NCBI RefSeq assembly: GCF_054482595.1
Contig: NZ_CM137008.1
DNA length: 64,000 bases
Strand: one strand, 5' to 3'
The notes under the pieces are model-generated. The model did no database searches. It worked only from the letters and a program-made list of their open reading frames with translations, and was not told the DNA's origin. A program made the translations under genes and the position numbers. Numbering within the stretch: the stretch's first letter is position 1; the number at the start of each line of letters is the position of its first letter. Positions 38,180 to 51,660 of this stretch are shown here, in pieces.

Positions 38180-38180
<1 letters not shown>
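36810..38180 (-). CDS. fliI: Flagellum-specific ATPase FliI
   Basis: 456-aa ORF with Walker A (GSGVGKS). Confidence 0.95.
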
Positions 38181-41505
<3,325 letters not shown>

Positions 41506-41719
41506 CGCGCACCTCGTGGCTGATTATGGACGGCGTTATTGGCAAAGTGGAACAAGACTCACTCCCGGGTCAGCAAACTCGAAAAATTGACGCTCCCATT
41601 ATTTGTGCTTTCTTTTTTTTCTATCCGCCAATAAACCCGTTTTTTTGTTGCTATTTAGCGCCTTTGTCTTATTGACTTACTGGTAGGCTTTGCTACCAGA
41701 AATTATCCGGGAGATGAAA

Positions 41720-42034
41720 ATGTCAGCGATACAGGGGATTGAAGGGGTTATCAGCCAGTTACAGGCTACGGCGATGAGTGCGCGTGCGCAGGAATCACTA
41801 CCGCAACCGACCATTAGTTTTGCCGGGCAGCTGCATGCCGCGCTCGATCGCATAAGCGATACACAAACCGCCGCCCGCACGCAGGCAGAAAAATTCACCC
41901 TCGGCGAACCCGGCGTGGCGTTAAACGATGTGATGACCGATATGCAAAAAGCCTCAGTTTCAATGCAAATGGGGATTCAGGTGCGTAATAAGCTGGTGGC
42001 GGCGTATCAGGAAGTGATGAGCATGCAGGTGTAA
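41720..42034 (+). CDS. fliE: Flagellar hook-basal body protein FliE
   Basis: ATG 41720 with ggaga RBS gives 104 aa ([15 protein letters not shown]...); divergent from fliF. Confidence 0.95.
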   Translation: MSAIQGIEGVISQLQATAMSARAQESLPQPTISFAGQLHAALDRISDTQTAARTQAEKFTLGEPGVALNDVMTDMQKASVSMQMGIQVRNKLVAAYQEVMSMQV

Positions 42035-42367
42035 GTTGTGTAACCTGTTGTTGATTACATCCGATCTCACCGCGTGGGGCATGGATGGGGCAAACACACT
42101 CAATTTCTGGTTTAAAATGGAAACCTGATTCTGAAAGTTTTCTGCCATCCACGATCTGTAAACGCGATAACATGTTTTGTCTTCGCTTTGCTCATAGGAA
42201 GAGTGAACTCTTTCGTTAGCCCTGGGTTCCTTCTGATCATTATTGTTCCTGCCTTTATCTCTTGCCACGCCAGAGCCCCCTGGATACACATACACCAGGA
42301 TGAAAACGGTGAGTTGTGTTCAAACTGTAGTACAATTCTCTCCAGTATGAACAGGAAAGAATATGCT

Positions 42368-42700
42368 ATGAACCCTTATATTTATCTTGGTGGCGCAATA
42401 CTTGCAGAGGTCATTGGTACAACCTTAATGAAGTTTTCAGAGGGGTTTACACGGTTATGGCCCTCTGTTGGCACAATTATTTGTTATTGTGCATCATTCT
42501 GGTTATTAGCTCAGACGCTGGCTTATATACCTACAGGGATTGCTTATGCTATCTGGTCAGGAGTCGGTATCGTTCTGATTGGTTTGCTTTCCTGGGGATT
42601 TTTTGGCCAACGACTGGACCTGCCAGCCATCATAGGCATGATGTTAATTTGTGCCGGTGTGTTAGTCATTAACTTGTTGTCACGAAGTGCACCGCATTAA
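42368..42700 (+). CDS. emrE: Small multidrug resistance (SMR) efflux transporter EmrE
   Basis: 110-aa four-TM ORF (MNPYIYLGGAILAEVIGTTLMKFSEGF...) essentially matching EmrE as I recall it; aggaaaga RBS. Confidence 0.9.
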   Translation: MNPYIYLGGAILAEVIGTTLMKFSEGFTRLWPSVGTIICYCASFWLLAQTLAYIPTGIAYAIWSGVGIVLIGLLSWGFFGQRLDLPAIIGMMLICAGVLVINLLSRSAPH

Positions 42701-42868
42701 AAAATAATTATCCTTGAGACAACAGGAATGTAATTTGTGCATATTATGGCTAATGCTGAGGGCAACTTTATAATTATGATTGCATTTGCACGATCATTGC
42801 GCCTTTATGCATAATGAGAGCAAGGCACATCAAATAAAATAACGATAGGTCACAACAAAGAGGTTTTT

Positions 42869-43420
42869 ATGAAAAAGCTTATCGTTTCAAGTGTATTGGC
42901 ATTCATAACATTTTCTGCGCAGGCCGCAGCATTTCAGGTCACTAGTAATGAAATAAAAACAGGAGAGCAACTTACAACGTCTCATGTATTTTCTGGATTT
43001 GGGTGTGAGGGGGGTAATACATCGCCCTCATTAACCTGGTCTGGTGCTCCAGAAGGCACCAAAAGCTTTGCCGTAACTGTGTATGATCCAGATGCGCCTA
43101 CAGGCAGTGGATGGTGGCACTGGACTGTTGCTAATATTCCAGCAACGGTAACATATTTGCCCGCTGATGCAGGAAGACGTGATGGTACAAAACTTCCGAC
43201 TGGTGCTGTCCAAGGCCGAAATGATTTTGGCTATGCAGGATTTGGTGGAGCATGTCCTCCCAAAGGAGATAAACCCCATCATTACCAGTTTAAAGTATGG
43301 GCTCTAAAAACTGATAAGATTCCTGTAGATTCTAATTCCAGCGGAGCGTTAGTTGGTTATATGCTTAATGCCAATAAAATTGCAACCGCTGAGATAACAC
43401 CAGTTTATGAGGTAAAGTAG
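42869..43420 (+). CDS. ybcL: Periplasmic PEBP/RKIP-family protein YbcL
   Basis: 183-aa ORF with signal peptide; resembles DLP12 YbcL. Confidence 0.85.
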   Translation: MKKLIVSSVLAFITFSAQAAAFQVTSNEIKTGEQLTTSHVFSGFGCEGGNTSPSLTWSGAPEGTKSFAVTVYDPDAPTGSGWWHWTVANIPATVTYLPADAGRRDGTKLPTGAVQGRNDFGYAGFGGACPPKGDKPHHYQFKVWALKTDKIPVDSNSSGALVGYMLNANKIATAEITPVYEVK

Positions 43421-43429
43421 GGTAAGAGT

Positions 43430-44227
43430 ATGCTGGCAAAAGATAGGACTAACCTAAAGATTGAAGAAATACGGATGCATAAACATCATGAGATTCACAG
43501 GGTTAAGCCTCTTATGCCAGCTTTATGTCGTATCCGTCAGGGAAAAAAAGTTATCAATTGGGAAACGCATAGTCTAACTGTTGATAATAATCAGATAATT
43601 TTATTTCCCTGTGGATATGAATTTTATATTGCGAATTACCCAGAAGCAGGTCTTTATCTTGCAGAAATGCTTTATTATCCCATTGATCTAATTGAAAGGT
43701 TCCAAAAGCTTTATGCGATAACTGATCAAATTCGTAACACGACAGGTTTCTGCTTACCTCAGAATCCCGAGTTAATATATTGTTGGGAGCAACTAAAAAC
43801 ATCTATTTCCCGAGGCTTCTCAACGCAAATTCAGGAACACTTAGCAATGGGCGTTCTACTTTCATTAGGAGCACATCATGTTAATTATTTGCTTTTATCA
43901 GATAGTAAACAATCATTAATAAGTCGTTGTTATAACCTAATGCTATCCGAACCTGGAACAAAATGGACAGCAAACAAAGTAGCGAGATATCTCTACATTT
44001 CTGTTTCCACATTGCATCGCCGTCTGGCAAGCGAGGGAGTAAGTTTTCAAAGTATATTGGACGACGTGAGGTTAAATAATGCGTTGTCTGCTATACAAAC
44101 GACAGTAAAACCCATCAGCGAGATTGCCAGGGAAAATGGTTACAAGTGTCCTTCTCGTTTTACTGAAAGGTTCCATAATCGTTTTAAGATAACACCAAGA
44201 GAGCTAAGAAAAGCGTCCAGAGAGTAA
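43430..44227 (+). CDS. ybcM: AraC-family transcriptional regulator (YbcM-like)
   Basis: 265-aa ORF with C-terminal AraC-type HTH ([12 protein letters not shown]...[12 protein letters not shown]). Confidence 0.75.
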   Translation: MLAKDRTNLKIEEIRMHKHHEIHRVKPLMPALCRIRQGKKVINWETHSLTVDNNQIILFPCGYEFYIANYPEAGLYLAEMLYYPIDLIERFQKLYAITDQIRNTTGFCLPQNPELIYCWEQLKTSISRGFSTQIQEHLAMGVLLSLGAHHVNYLLLSDSKQSLISRCYNLMLSEPGTKWTANKVARYLYISVSTLHRRLASEGVSFQSILDDVRLNNALSAIQTTVKPISEIARENGYKCPSRFTERFHNRFKITPRELRKASRE

Positions 44228-45159
44228 AAGTATTTTATGAAGGAGCAACAGCATCGATTTTTATTTTGGAAAATAAATACGGCATACTCAACCTATTGGA
44301 GCCTGAACAATCCGGTGACTTCTGCGCTAATCGGGGACGTTTATAAGCACATATAATTGATACTATCTTCCTCCATCACAATTTCAGAAATGCACGTGTG
44401 ATTTTTTTGCATCCGGCGTTTGGACTATGTGGAGTTCAAGAGTGGGAAAGTTACAAGAGGTTGAGGGGATAATTAAAGGGATGCTTATGACATTAGATAT
44501 CCGGATAGGTACGGATATCGTTGTTATTAAATCTAGTTTATACGTTAAGATGCAGCTACAGCAGAAATTGCCATTGTTAATTTTTTCATCGTGAGCCCTT
44601 TTATTTGTACTATTATTTAAAAATGATGTCACTGCACTACAAATACTCATCTAATCAATGAGATTATTTCAAGATTTAAGTTTTAGTTTCTCATTTAAAT
44701 TGTGAAGTAGATCCCTCCTTTTATCTGAACTGTTTCTATTGCACACAATGCATGACTATTTTGTGAACGAATATAAATTTGGTAATCAAATTATATTAAA
44801 GGTTGTTATTTATGATTGACTCATAATTTATTTTTTTTAATTTAAATAGCCTAAAAATAACCATGGAGATTATTTGCATGATATTTGTTTAGATTTGTTA
44901 ATGTAATTGAGGTGATTTTATTTAATACGCAATATAGCGCCGCTTGATATTAGTTCTATTTTTTTGCGTAAGATAGATGAGACAAACTGAGACGCATAAT
45001 GGTTTGCAAGGCTCTAATACTTTGATGTTGAGGATGTGATGGGGCATGTACGGGGCATAGTACAATGATGTCCATGCAGGTGTAGATAATCTCCAGGCTT
45101 ATCCAGTGCGCCGTAAAACCCCGTCCTTCAGGGCGGGGATATAAGGCTCGGTTTTTCAC

Positions 45160-45591
45160 CTAACCAGGTGTTTGCTGTTGTTCAATGTATTGGCGGATGA
45201 CGGATATTGGCGCACCTCCGCAGCTACTGGCAAAATAGCCGGGACTCCACAAAACGCCTTTGTAGTAATACCTGACTGCAATATCTGGTCGATCTCGTCG
45301 CAGTAATCTACCCGATACGCCTTTGAGGCTGTTTACCAGACTGGATATCGCCAGTTTGGGAGGATAGTTAATTAACAAATGGACGTGATCTGGTTCGCCA
45401 TCCATTTCAACCAGTTCAGCTTCAAAATCAGCACATACATTTGAAAAGTAAGTGCGTAGTTTTTCTGTCGCGTCATGGTCAAAAATCTGACGTCGGTATT
45501 TGGTGACAAAGACCAGGTGAACATGCATCAGGAAAACACAGTGCCTTCCACGCCGGATATCGGTTTCTTTTTTCACAGACCAAAGTATCAT
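45160..45591 (-). CDS. tnpA: IS200-type Y1 (HUH) transposase TnpA
   Basis: HVHLL HUH motif and C-terminal tyrosine region (YYYKGVLWSPGYFASSCGGAPISVIRQYIEQQ); the true start may be an internal Met. Confidence 0.85.
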   Translation of the reverse strand: MILWSVKKETDIRRGRHCVFLMHVHLVFVTKYRRQIFDHDATEKLRTYFSNVCADFEAELVEMDGEPDHVHLLINYPPKLAISSLVNSLKGVSGRLLRRDRPDIAVRYYYKGVLWSPGYFASSCGGAPISVIRQYIEQQQTPG

Positions 45592-45598
45592 TTGGCCT

Positions 45599-46417
45599 GT
45601 GAAACGACTACAAGCATTTAAATTCCAGTTAAGACCCGGTGGTCAACAGGAGCGTGAAATGAGGCGCTTCGCAGGCGCATGTCGTTTCGTTTTCAATCGT
45701 GCTCTGGCGCTTCAGAATGAGAATCATGAGGCCGGTAATAAATACATCCCTTACGGGAAAATGGCTTCCTGGTTGGTTGAGTGGAAAAACGCCACTGAAA
45801 CGCAATGGCTTAAAGATTCGCCCTCACAGCCATTGCAACAGTCACTGAAAGACCTTGAGCGGGCTTACAAAAACTTCTTCCAGAAGCGGGCTGCTTTTCC
45901 CCGATTCAAAACGCGGGGACAGAATGATGCATTCCGCTACCCGCAGGGCGTTAAGCTCGATCAGGAAAACAGCCGTATTTTTCTGCCGAAACTTGGCTGG
46001 ATGCGCTACCGGAATAACCGTCAGGTCACGGGTGTTGTGAAAAATGTCACTGTCAGCCAGCCGGGGCGCAATGTCCGGGCAAAATCAGGTTTAAACCGTT
46101 CGATACTGGATCAGGGCTGGTATGAAATGCGCCGTCAGCTTGAGTACAAGCAGCTCTGGCGTGGCGGTCAGGTGCTTGCTGTTCCGCCAGCGTACACAAG
46201 CCAGCGTTGCGCGTGCTGTGGTCATACAGCGAAAGAAAATCGCCTGTCACAAAGTAAATTCAGATGCCAGGTATGTGGATATACAGCGAACGCCGATGTA
46301 AATGGCGCTCGTAACATTTTAGCGGCGGGGCACGCCGTTCTTGCCTGTGGAGAGATGGTGCAGTCAGGCCGCTCGTTGAAGCAGGAACCCACCGAAATGA
46401 TTCAGGCGACAGCCTGA
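45599..46417 (+). CDS. tnpB: TnpB-like protein with apparent internal deletion of the RuvC-I/RuvC-II core; predicted nuclease-inactive
   Basis: 272 aa versus the usual ~400; N-terminus typical of TnpB (QAFKFQLRP...[15 protein letters not shown]); C-terminus keeps the CxxC..CxxC zinc finger and an ADVNGARNI RuvC-III-like motif; no GxDxG/E segment in between. Confidence 0.7.
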   Translation: MKRLQAFKFQLRPGGQQEREMRRFAGACRFVFNRALALQNENHEAGNKYIPYGKMASWLVEWKNATETQWLKDSPSQPLQQSLKDLERAYKNFFQKRAAFPRFKTRGQNDAFRYPQGVKLDQENSRIFLPKLGWMRYRNNRQVTGVVKNVTVSQPGRNVRAKSGLNRSILDQGWYEMRRQLEYKQLWRGGQVLAVPPAYTSQRCACCGHTAKENRLSQSKFRCQVCGYTANADVNGARNILAAGHAVLACGEMVQSGRSLKQEPTEMIQATA

Positions 46418-46456
46418 ACGTAGCAGGGATCCACGTCCTTCAGGGCGTGGAGGATG

Positions 46457-47128
46457 TCAACAAACAGGTTGAATTAACTCCGCGCCCTGGTTTTTGACAT
46501 TACCTACCGCGCGCGATACCGGGTGCCAGGTGAACTGGTTTGCTGGCACACAGCCACTGGCAGCGATTTCTGAGGCTTCTTTACCACCAATGTCTTGCCG
46601 CATCCATTCCCGCGCAGCTTCTGGCGACAGTACCAGCGGGCGGCGGTCATGAATATCTACCAGACCCTGGTCTGCTGCTGCAGTGACAATTAAAAATCCT
46701 TCGGCTTCGTCACCACGCTCAAACGGTGTGCTACCTATCGCGGCCATAAAAACAGGTTGTCCATCAGCGCGATAGATAAAATAAGGCTGTTTTTTGTCGC
46801 CTTCTTTTTTCCACTCAAACCAGCCATCGGCAAAACAGATTGCCCGACCATGTTGCCAGAGCGGTTTAAACATACGACTGGTTGCCGCAGTTTCTACGCG
46901 GGCGTTAATCAGCGGCGATTTATCCCACCATCCGGGAGCATATCCCCAGAAAACCGGATCCAGATGAAGGTGTTCATCACGTTCACTGAGCAGAAGAACT
47001 TTGGTTCCCGGCGCGACGTTGTATCTGCCAATGGGTTCGGGATCGTAGGGAATATCGCGTTCAATATCTTCCGCGAGAAGCGCAAGGTAATCTTCACGCG
47101 TTTGGGATTGGGCAAAGCGTCCACACAT
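46457..47128 (-). CDS. yedK: SOS-response-associated peptidase (SRAP/HMCES family; abasic-site DNA-protein crosslinking)
   Basis: 223-aa ORF beginning MCGRFAQ with the catalytic Cys at position 2. Confidence 0.9.
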   Translation of the reverse strand: MCGRFAQSQTREDYLALLAEDIERDIPYDPEPIGRYNVAPGTKVLLLSERDEHLHLDPVFWGYAPGWWDKSPLINARVETAATSRMFKPLWQHGRAICFADGWFEWKKEGDKKQPYFIYRADGQPVFMAAIGSTPFERGDEAEGFLIVTAAADQGLVDIHDRRPLVLSPEAAREWMRQDIGGKEASEIAASGCVPANQFTWHPVSRAVGNVKNQGAELIQPVC

Positions 47129-47236
47129 AGCAACCTCCTGAGATCATACTGAAAAGAATAGGAGAGGGGGCGGGTAAAATCTATGTGATACAGAGGTAAC
47201 GATGTTCCCGCTGTGGGACACAGCGGGAAGGAGGGA

Positions 47237-47470
47237 TTATTTCTGAATTAAATAACGAATGGTCGGCCCGTCTTGCTGAATATCCAGCACCGTATAGCCG
47301 TGATTACGCGCATCCAGTGGAATATTATTGATCGACTGCGGACAGTCGCTCACCACTTCCAGGATCTCACCTTTTTTTAATTGCGGCATCGCCTCAAGGG
47401 TTGCGACTGCCGGATAAGGGCAGGGTTCACCCACCATATCAAGGCGGTAATCAGGAACGATATTTTTCAT
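47237..47470 (-). CDS. yedF: TusA-like sulfurtransferase YedF
   Basis: 77-aa ORF with CPYP motif. Confidence 0.9.
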   Translation of the reverse strand: MKNIVPDYRLDMVGEPCPYPAVATLEAMPQLKKGEILEVVSDCPQSINNIPLDARNHGYTVLDIQQDGPTIRYLIQK

Positions 47471-48672
47471 GCGATCTCCTTAGCTGTCTGCGGTGCCGCA
47501 CGGCGGAAGAAGCGTTTTTCCCTGCCGATAATCAACATCAGCGCAGCAAACAGCAGCAAATATGTCACCAGCAGGCCACCCATCGGGCCAAAGGTTTTCA
47601 GGAGGTTGATTTTGTCCCAGTCGGTGGCCAGCGCCGGAGCGAAATCATCCCAGTAATACGCCAGAATCGTTGAGCCGATCACGTTGCCCAGACCGACCCA
47701 CCAGTAGTGCACCTGGCCTTCTACCGCGCGGTACATCCAGCCGGTTTCGCAACCGCCTGCCAGCACGATGCCAAAACCAAACAGTAAACCACCGATTACC
47801 GCGTTCGGCCCCGCCCACATGATTTTGGGTTCAACGCCTAACTGGACGTAACTGAAGATCCCGATGGCACTCACCGCCATACCGATAATGATTGCTTTCG
47901 CCATGTGGGTACGTCCGGTGATCCACATATCGCGGAACGCCGAAGTAAAGCAGATTTGTGCACGTTCAATCAGTAAACCAAAGCCGACGCCAAACAGCAT
48001 TGCCAGCCCCAGTTTTGGTTGGTTCATCGCCGTCAGCAGCGCCCAGCCCAGCATGCCGAAAAAGACCAGCATCCCGAGACGAAAACGACGCCGCGCCTGA
48101 TCCGGTTTTTGCGTCAACGGTGAGGCAGCAGAAACTTTCTGCATTTTCACGGGAATACGGAAGATGGGCAGCAGGGTAAAGCGCGCGCCAAACCATGAAC
48201 CAATGGCAGTGGCGATGGCAAAGAACCAGGCGTGCAGCGAGAACTGTGGAATGCCGGTAAAGAACGCCGCCAGATTACAGCCCATTGCCAGACGTGCGCC
48301 AAAACCAGCGATAATACCGCCAATGATGGCCCGCATAATGCGGATACGGCTGCGCGGCATGCGCAGTTTGACATTGTTGGCCCACAGCGCTGCGGCAAAA
48401 CAGCCGCCAAACATACCGAGGATCATCATGCCGTCGATGCGGGTTAATGGCGATCCTTCCAGATGGATAATTTTAAAATAACCCCACTCTTCAGCATGGA
48501 CGCCGAACAGCTGCAGGAGCTGACCGCCCCAACGGGTAAATTCACCCGTGACAGCCCAAAAGGTGCCAGTGATGCCAAAGTAGTAAGTGGAGAGAATACC
48601 CGCCGCGATGACCGCAGGGATGGGTGCCCAGAATTTAATCAACCAGGCGTGTTTGAATTGCTGCCATGACAT
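47467..48672 (-). CDS. yedE: Selenium/sulfur-compound transporter YedE
   Basis: 401-aa polytopic membrane ORF; overlaps yedF by 4 nt. Confidence 0.9.
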   Translation of the reverse strand: MSWQQFKHAWLIKFWAPIPAVIAAGILSTYYFGITGTFWAVTGEFTRWGGQLLQLFGVHAEEWGYFKIIHLEGSPLTRIDGMMILGMFGGCFAAALWANNVKLRMPRSRIRIMRAIIGGIIAGFGARLAMGCNLAAFFTGIPQFSLHAWFFAIATAIGSWFGARFTLLPIFRIPVKMQKVSAASPLTQKPDQARRRFRLGMLVFFGMLGWALLTAMNQPKLGLAMLFGVGFGLLIERAQICFTSAFRDMWITGRTHMAKAIIIGMAVSAIGIFSYVQLGVEPKIMWAGPNAVIGGLLFGFGIVLAGGCETGWMYRAVEGQVHYWWVGLGNVIGSTILAYYWDDFAPALATDWDKINLLKTFGPMGGLLVTYLLLFAALMLIIGREKRFFRRAAPQTAKEIA

Positions 48673-48855
48673 GTATGTAGCCTCTGAACTCAGAAGGTTT
48701 GAAACAAGAGTCGCGAATCATACATCATGCAAATTTATTTTCGGGGTAATAATTCACAAAAATAATAGTTAGATCAAATTTCTCTCTGAACCTGGAAAGG
48801 CTGGCGACATCAGGGCTTTAATGCCACAATCCTCTTTTCTTCTCATGCAGGACGA

Positions 48856-49272
48856 ATGATGAAAAAACTCGCAATTGCAGGCGCGCTCATGTTGCTGGCG
48901 GGCTGTGCCGAAGTCGAAAACTATAACAATGTCGTGAAAACCCCCGCGCCGGACTGGCTGGCGGGCTACTGGCAGACCAAAGGGCCGCAACGTGCGCTGG
49001 TCAGTCCGGAAGCGATAGGCAGCCTGATTGTCACTAAAGAGGGCGATACCCTGGATTGCCGTCAGTGGCAGCGGGTGATTGCCGTGCCGGGCAAGTTGAC
49101 ATTGATGTCAGATGATCTCACTAACGTTACCGTAAAACGTGAGCTGTACGAGGTTAAGCGTGACGGTAACACCATTGAGTACGATGGTATGACGATGGAG
49201 CGTGTGGATCGCCCGACGGCAGAGTGTGCCGCCGCGCTGGATAAAGCGCCGTTACCGACGCCACTGCCGTAA
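48856..49272 (+). CDS. yedD: Lipoprotein YedD
   Basis: 138-aa ORF with lipobox (LLAGC). Confidence 0.85.
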   Translation: MMKKLAIAGALMLLAGCAEVENYNNVVKTPAPDWLAGYWQTKGPQRALVSPEAIGSLIVTKEGDTLDCRQWQRVIAVPGKLTLMSDDLTNVTVKRELYEVKRDGNTIEYDGMTMERVDRPTAECAAALDKAPLPTPLP

Positions 49273-49275
49273 TGA

Positions 49276-49302
49276 AATCTCCCCGGCTTGCCGCCGGGGA
49301 TG
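49276..49302. terminator. Shared hairpin between convergent yedD and amyA
   Basis: tctccccggc-ttgc-cgccgggga inverted repeat. Confidence 0.5.
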
Positions 49303-49305
49303 AAT

Positions 49306-50793
49306 TTAAATCACCTCTTCGATAACCCACACGCTGACGCTGCCGCCGTTGCAAAAGAAGGTCGCTTCGCCGTTTTCGTCGGTTACTACGCTCTCTTGCC
49401 GGTTCCCCAGAAAATCACGCCAGGTTTTATTGCCGTAATTCTCTCCCAGATGAATGGTTTTTTCGCCATCATCCCCGTTCGACATGACCACCACGCAGCC
49501 GGGATATTCGTCGGTGCCACTGCGGCTAAAGGCAATGCAGTTCGGATGGTCGAAAAATAACGTCTGTACACCGTGGGCGAAACGCTGACGGGCGAGAATT
49601 AACTCATCAAGCTGTTCGATTATTGGCATATCTATTGGATAGGTTTGCCCGTCACCACCGACATCTTCGTAATGCGCACCGTAGAGGTCCGGATAGAACA
49701 CCGAAGGAACGCCATTTTCCCGCAACAAAATTAGAGCATACGCCAGCGGTTTAAACCACGGTTCGACCGGCGCTTCGAGGGCTTGCAACGGTTGGGTGTC
49801 GTGATTGGCAACGAGCGTCACGGCGTGGAAAGGATCGGCTTCCACTAATGTACCCGTGAAAATCTGCGTCATGTCGTAGTCGCGCCCCATGCGCGATGCT
49901 TCATGGAATTTCATCTGCAGCGGCGCATCAAACAGCATGGTTTTGCCTTCCACCTGATCAATATACGTTTGCAGCTTATCAACTTCATGCGACCAGTACT
50001 CCGCCACAATAAACAGCGGCTTTGGCGCAACTTCTTGTACGTGTTCGATCCACTCTTTATAAAACCATGCCGGTATATGTTTGACCGCATCAAGACGAAA
50101 ACCGTCGCATTGCGTTTGTTCCATCACCCAGCGCGCCCAGTATTTAATCTCTTCCGTCACGGCATGATTGCGGAAATCGATATTCTCGCCCATCAGATAA
50201 TCGAAATTACCTAATTCATCATCAACCTGATCGTTCCAGCCTTCGCCGGTGTAGTCGTTAACAATTTTAAATATGCCATCTTCATCAGGGTTTTCGATAT
50301 GGTCGATACCGCTAAAACATTTGAAATCCCAGATAAACTGCGAGTATTGCCCGGCACGAGCGGGGAAGGTGTAACGCGTCCAGCCTTCACACTCAATGAT
50401 TTCTTCGTCAATTTGCGTACGGTCATCAGCATTTACACGCTGCACGCGAATAGCTTCTTTTTCATCCGCGCCCATTTTGTGGTTGACTACCACGTCCAAC
50501 AGCACCGCAATGTCATTACGTTTCAGAGCATCAATGGCGGCCAGCAGTTGTGCTTTATCGCCATATTTAGTGGGGATGCTGCCTTTCTGATCAAACTCGC
50601 CTAAATCAAATAAATCATAGGAGTCGTAGCCGACCGAATACCCGCCCGATGCGCCTTTATAGGCGGGCGGCAACCAGACCATATTGATACCAATATCATT
50701 AAAACCGTCGGCGCGCTCGGCCAGTTCAGGCCAGAGCTTACCGCCTTCCGGGTAATACCAGTGAAAACATTGTAACAGCGTGGGATTACGCAT
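49306..50793 (-). CDS. amyA: Cytoplasmic alpha-amylase AmyA
   Basis: 495-aa GH13 ORF ([18 protein letters not shown]...). Confidence 0.95.
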   Translation of the reverse strand: MRNPTLLQCFHWYYPEGGKLWPELAERADGFNDIGINMVWLPPAYKGASGGYSVGYDSYDLFDLGEFDQKGSIPTKYGDKAQLLAAIDALKRNDIAVLLDVVVNHKMGADEKEAIRVQRVNADDRTQIDEEIIECEGWTRYTFPARAGQYSQFIWDFKCFSGIDHIENPDEDGIFKIVNDYTGEGWNDQVDDELGNFDYLMGENIDFRNHAVTEEIKYWARWVMEQTQCDGFRLDAVKHIPAWFYKEWIEHVQEVAPKPLFIVAEYWSHEVDKLQTYIDQVEGKTMLFDAPLQMKFHEASRMGRDYDMTQIFTGTLVEADPFHAVTLVANHDTQPLQALEAPVEPWFKPLAYALILLRENGVPSVFYPDLYGAHYEDVGGDGQTYPIDMPIIEQLDELILARQRFAHGVQTLFFDHPNCIAFSRSGTDEYPGCVVVMSNGDDGEKTIHLGENYGNKTWRDFLGNRQESVVTDENGEATFFCNGGSVSVWVIEEVI

Positions 50794-50870
50794 TCTTCGA
50801 CTCCATTCAAGGGGAACATTAGAAGCGTAGCCGTAATCGGATTATTCGCGAGCCATCGACTCATTCAGAT

Positions 50871-51236
50871 TCAAAAGAGGTTATCCTGCGGAGCCAGCAC
50901 AAAGCCGCCCTGATCGCCATAGGCACTTAACACCGATTTTTGCACCGATGACTGACCGACCAGTTTCGCCAGTTCATCCATCCGAATCTGTAATAACTGC
51001 TTTACCTTGCTTTCGTTGTCGAGAATCAGGCGCAGCATCGGGCGGAGCTGCTCCTGCATCGTGGTGGACGGGTCAATCTCTTCAGTCAAATGTGCAATCT
51101 CCTGCACCGCATTAACATACGCCATTTCGCTGGCGATGAGTTCGTCCCATTGTTCTTCCGTTGCCAGGCGTAACATGAGCTGGCTTTTTTCGACGAGTTG
51201 TTGCCAGGCGAAATACAAATGCGGTGCGTGGTTCAT
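50871..51236 (-). CDS. fliT: Flagellar chaperone FliT
   Basis: 121-aa ORF. Confidence 0.9.
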   Translation of the reverse strand: MNHAPHLYFAWQQLVEKSQLMLRLATEEQWDELIASEMAYVNAVQEIAHLTEEIDPSTTMQEQLRPMLRLILDNESKVKQLLQIRMDELAKLVGQSSVQKSVLSAYGDQGGFVLAPQDNLF

Positions 51237-51646
51237 CAGACTGGGTCCTGAATCAAAGAAGGGGAGAGTAACGACTCTTTCCAGGCATCGGCAATATTGC
51301 GCATTAATGCTTCCACTTCTTCGACTGCGGAGACATCGTTGCGTAAATTGGCTTGCAGCAAGCGCCTGACCATATAGCTATAAAGAGCAATCAAGTTTTG
51401 GGTTAGTTCGTCTTTGCTCTCTTCATCAAGACTCACCCGCAGTCCGTTCTCAATGATGTTGATCGCTTTTGACAAAGAGACGCCTTTGCCTTGCTGATTG
51501 TTGTCCTGCATAAACAGGCGCGCTCTAACCAGTGCGCTCAGCACTCCATCAAATAGCATGGTGACCAGCTGCTGCTGGCTGGCGCTCATTACGGCGCTTT
51601 CGACGCCAATTTGTGCATAGGCTTTTGAGCCGCTCGCGGTATACAT
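51236..51646 (-). CDS. fliS: Flagellin-specific chaperone FliS
   Basis: 136-aa ORF. Confidence 0.95.
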   Translation of the reverse strand: MYTASGSKAYAQIGVESAVMSASQQQLVTMLFDGVLSALVRARLFMQDNNQQGKGVSLSKAINIIENGLRVSLDEESKDELTQNLIALYSYMVRRLLQANLRNDVSAVEEVEALMRNIADAWKESLLSPSLIQDPV

Positions 51647-51660
51647 GCTGACCTCCGTGA

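Larger units (their letters stand above)
45095..46456. mobile_element. IS200/IS605-family element: divergent tnpA and tnpB-like genes flanked by related subterminal hairpins; exact ends not determined
   Basis: Y1 (HUH) transposase ORF on the minus strand, TnpB-like ORF on the plus strand; imperfect palindromes sharing cgtccttcagggcg at 45119..45138 and 46431..46450. Confidence 0.8.

Noticed and set aside
44956-45159. 67-aa minus-strand ORF adjacent to tnpA
   Set aside because: Begins at a GTG directly after the tnpA stop and runs through the IS subterminal hairpin and into flanking AT-rich DNA; junk-like composition; most likely IS-end and flank sequence.
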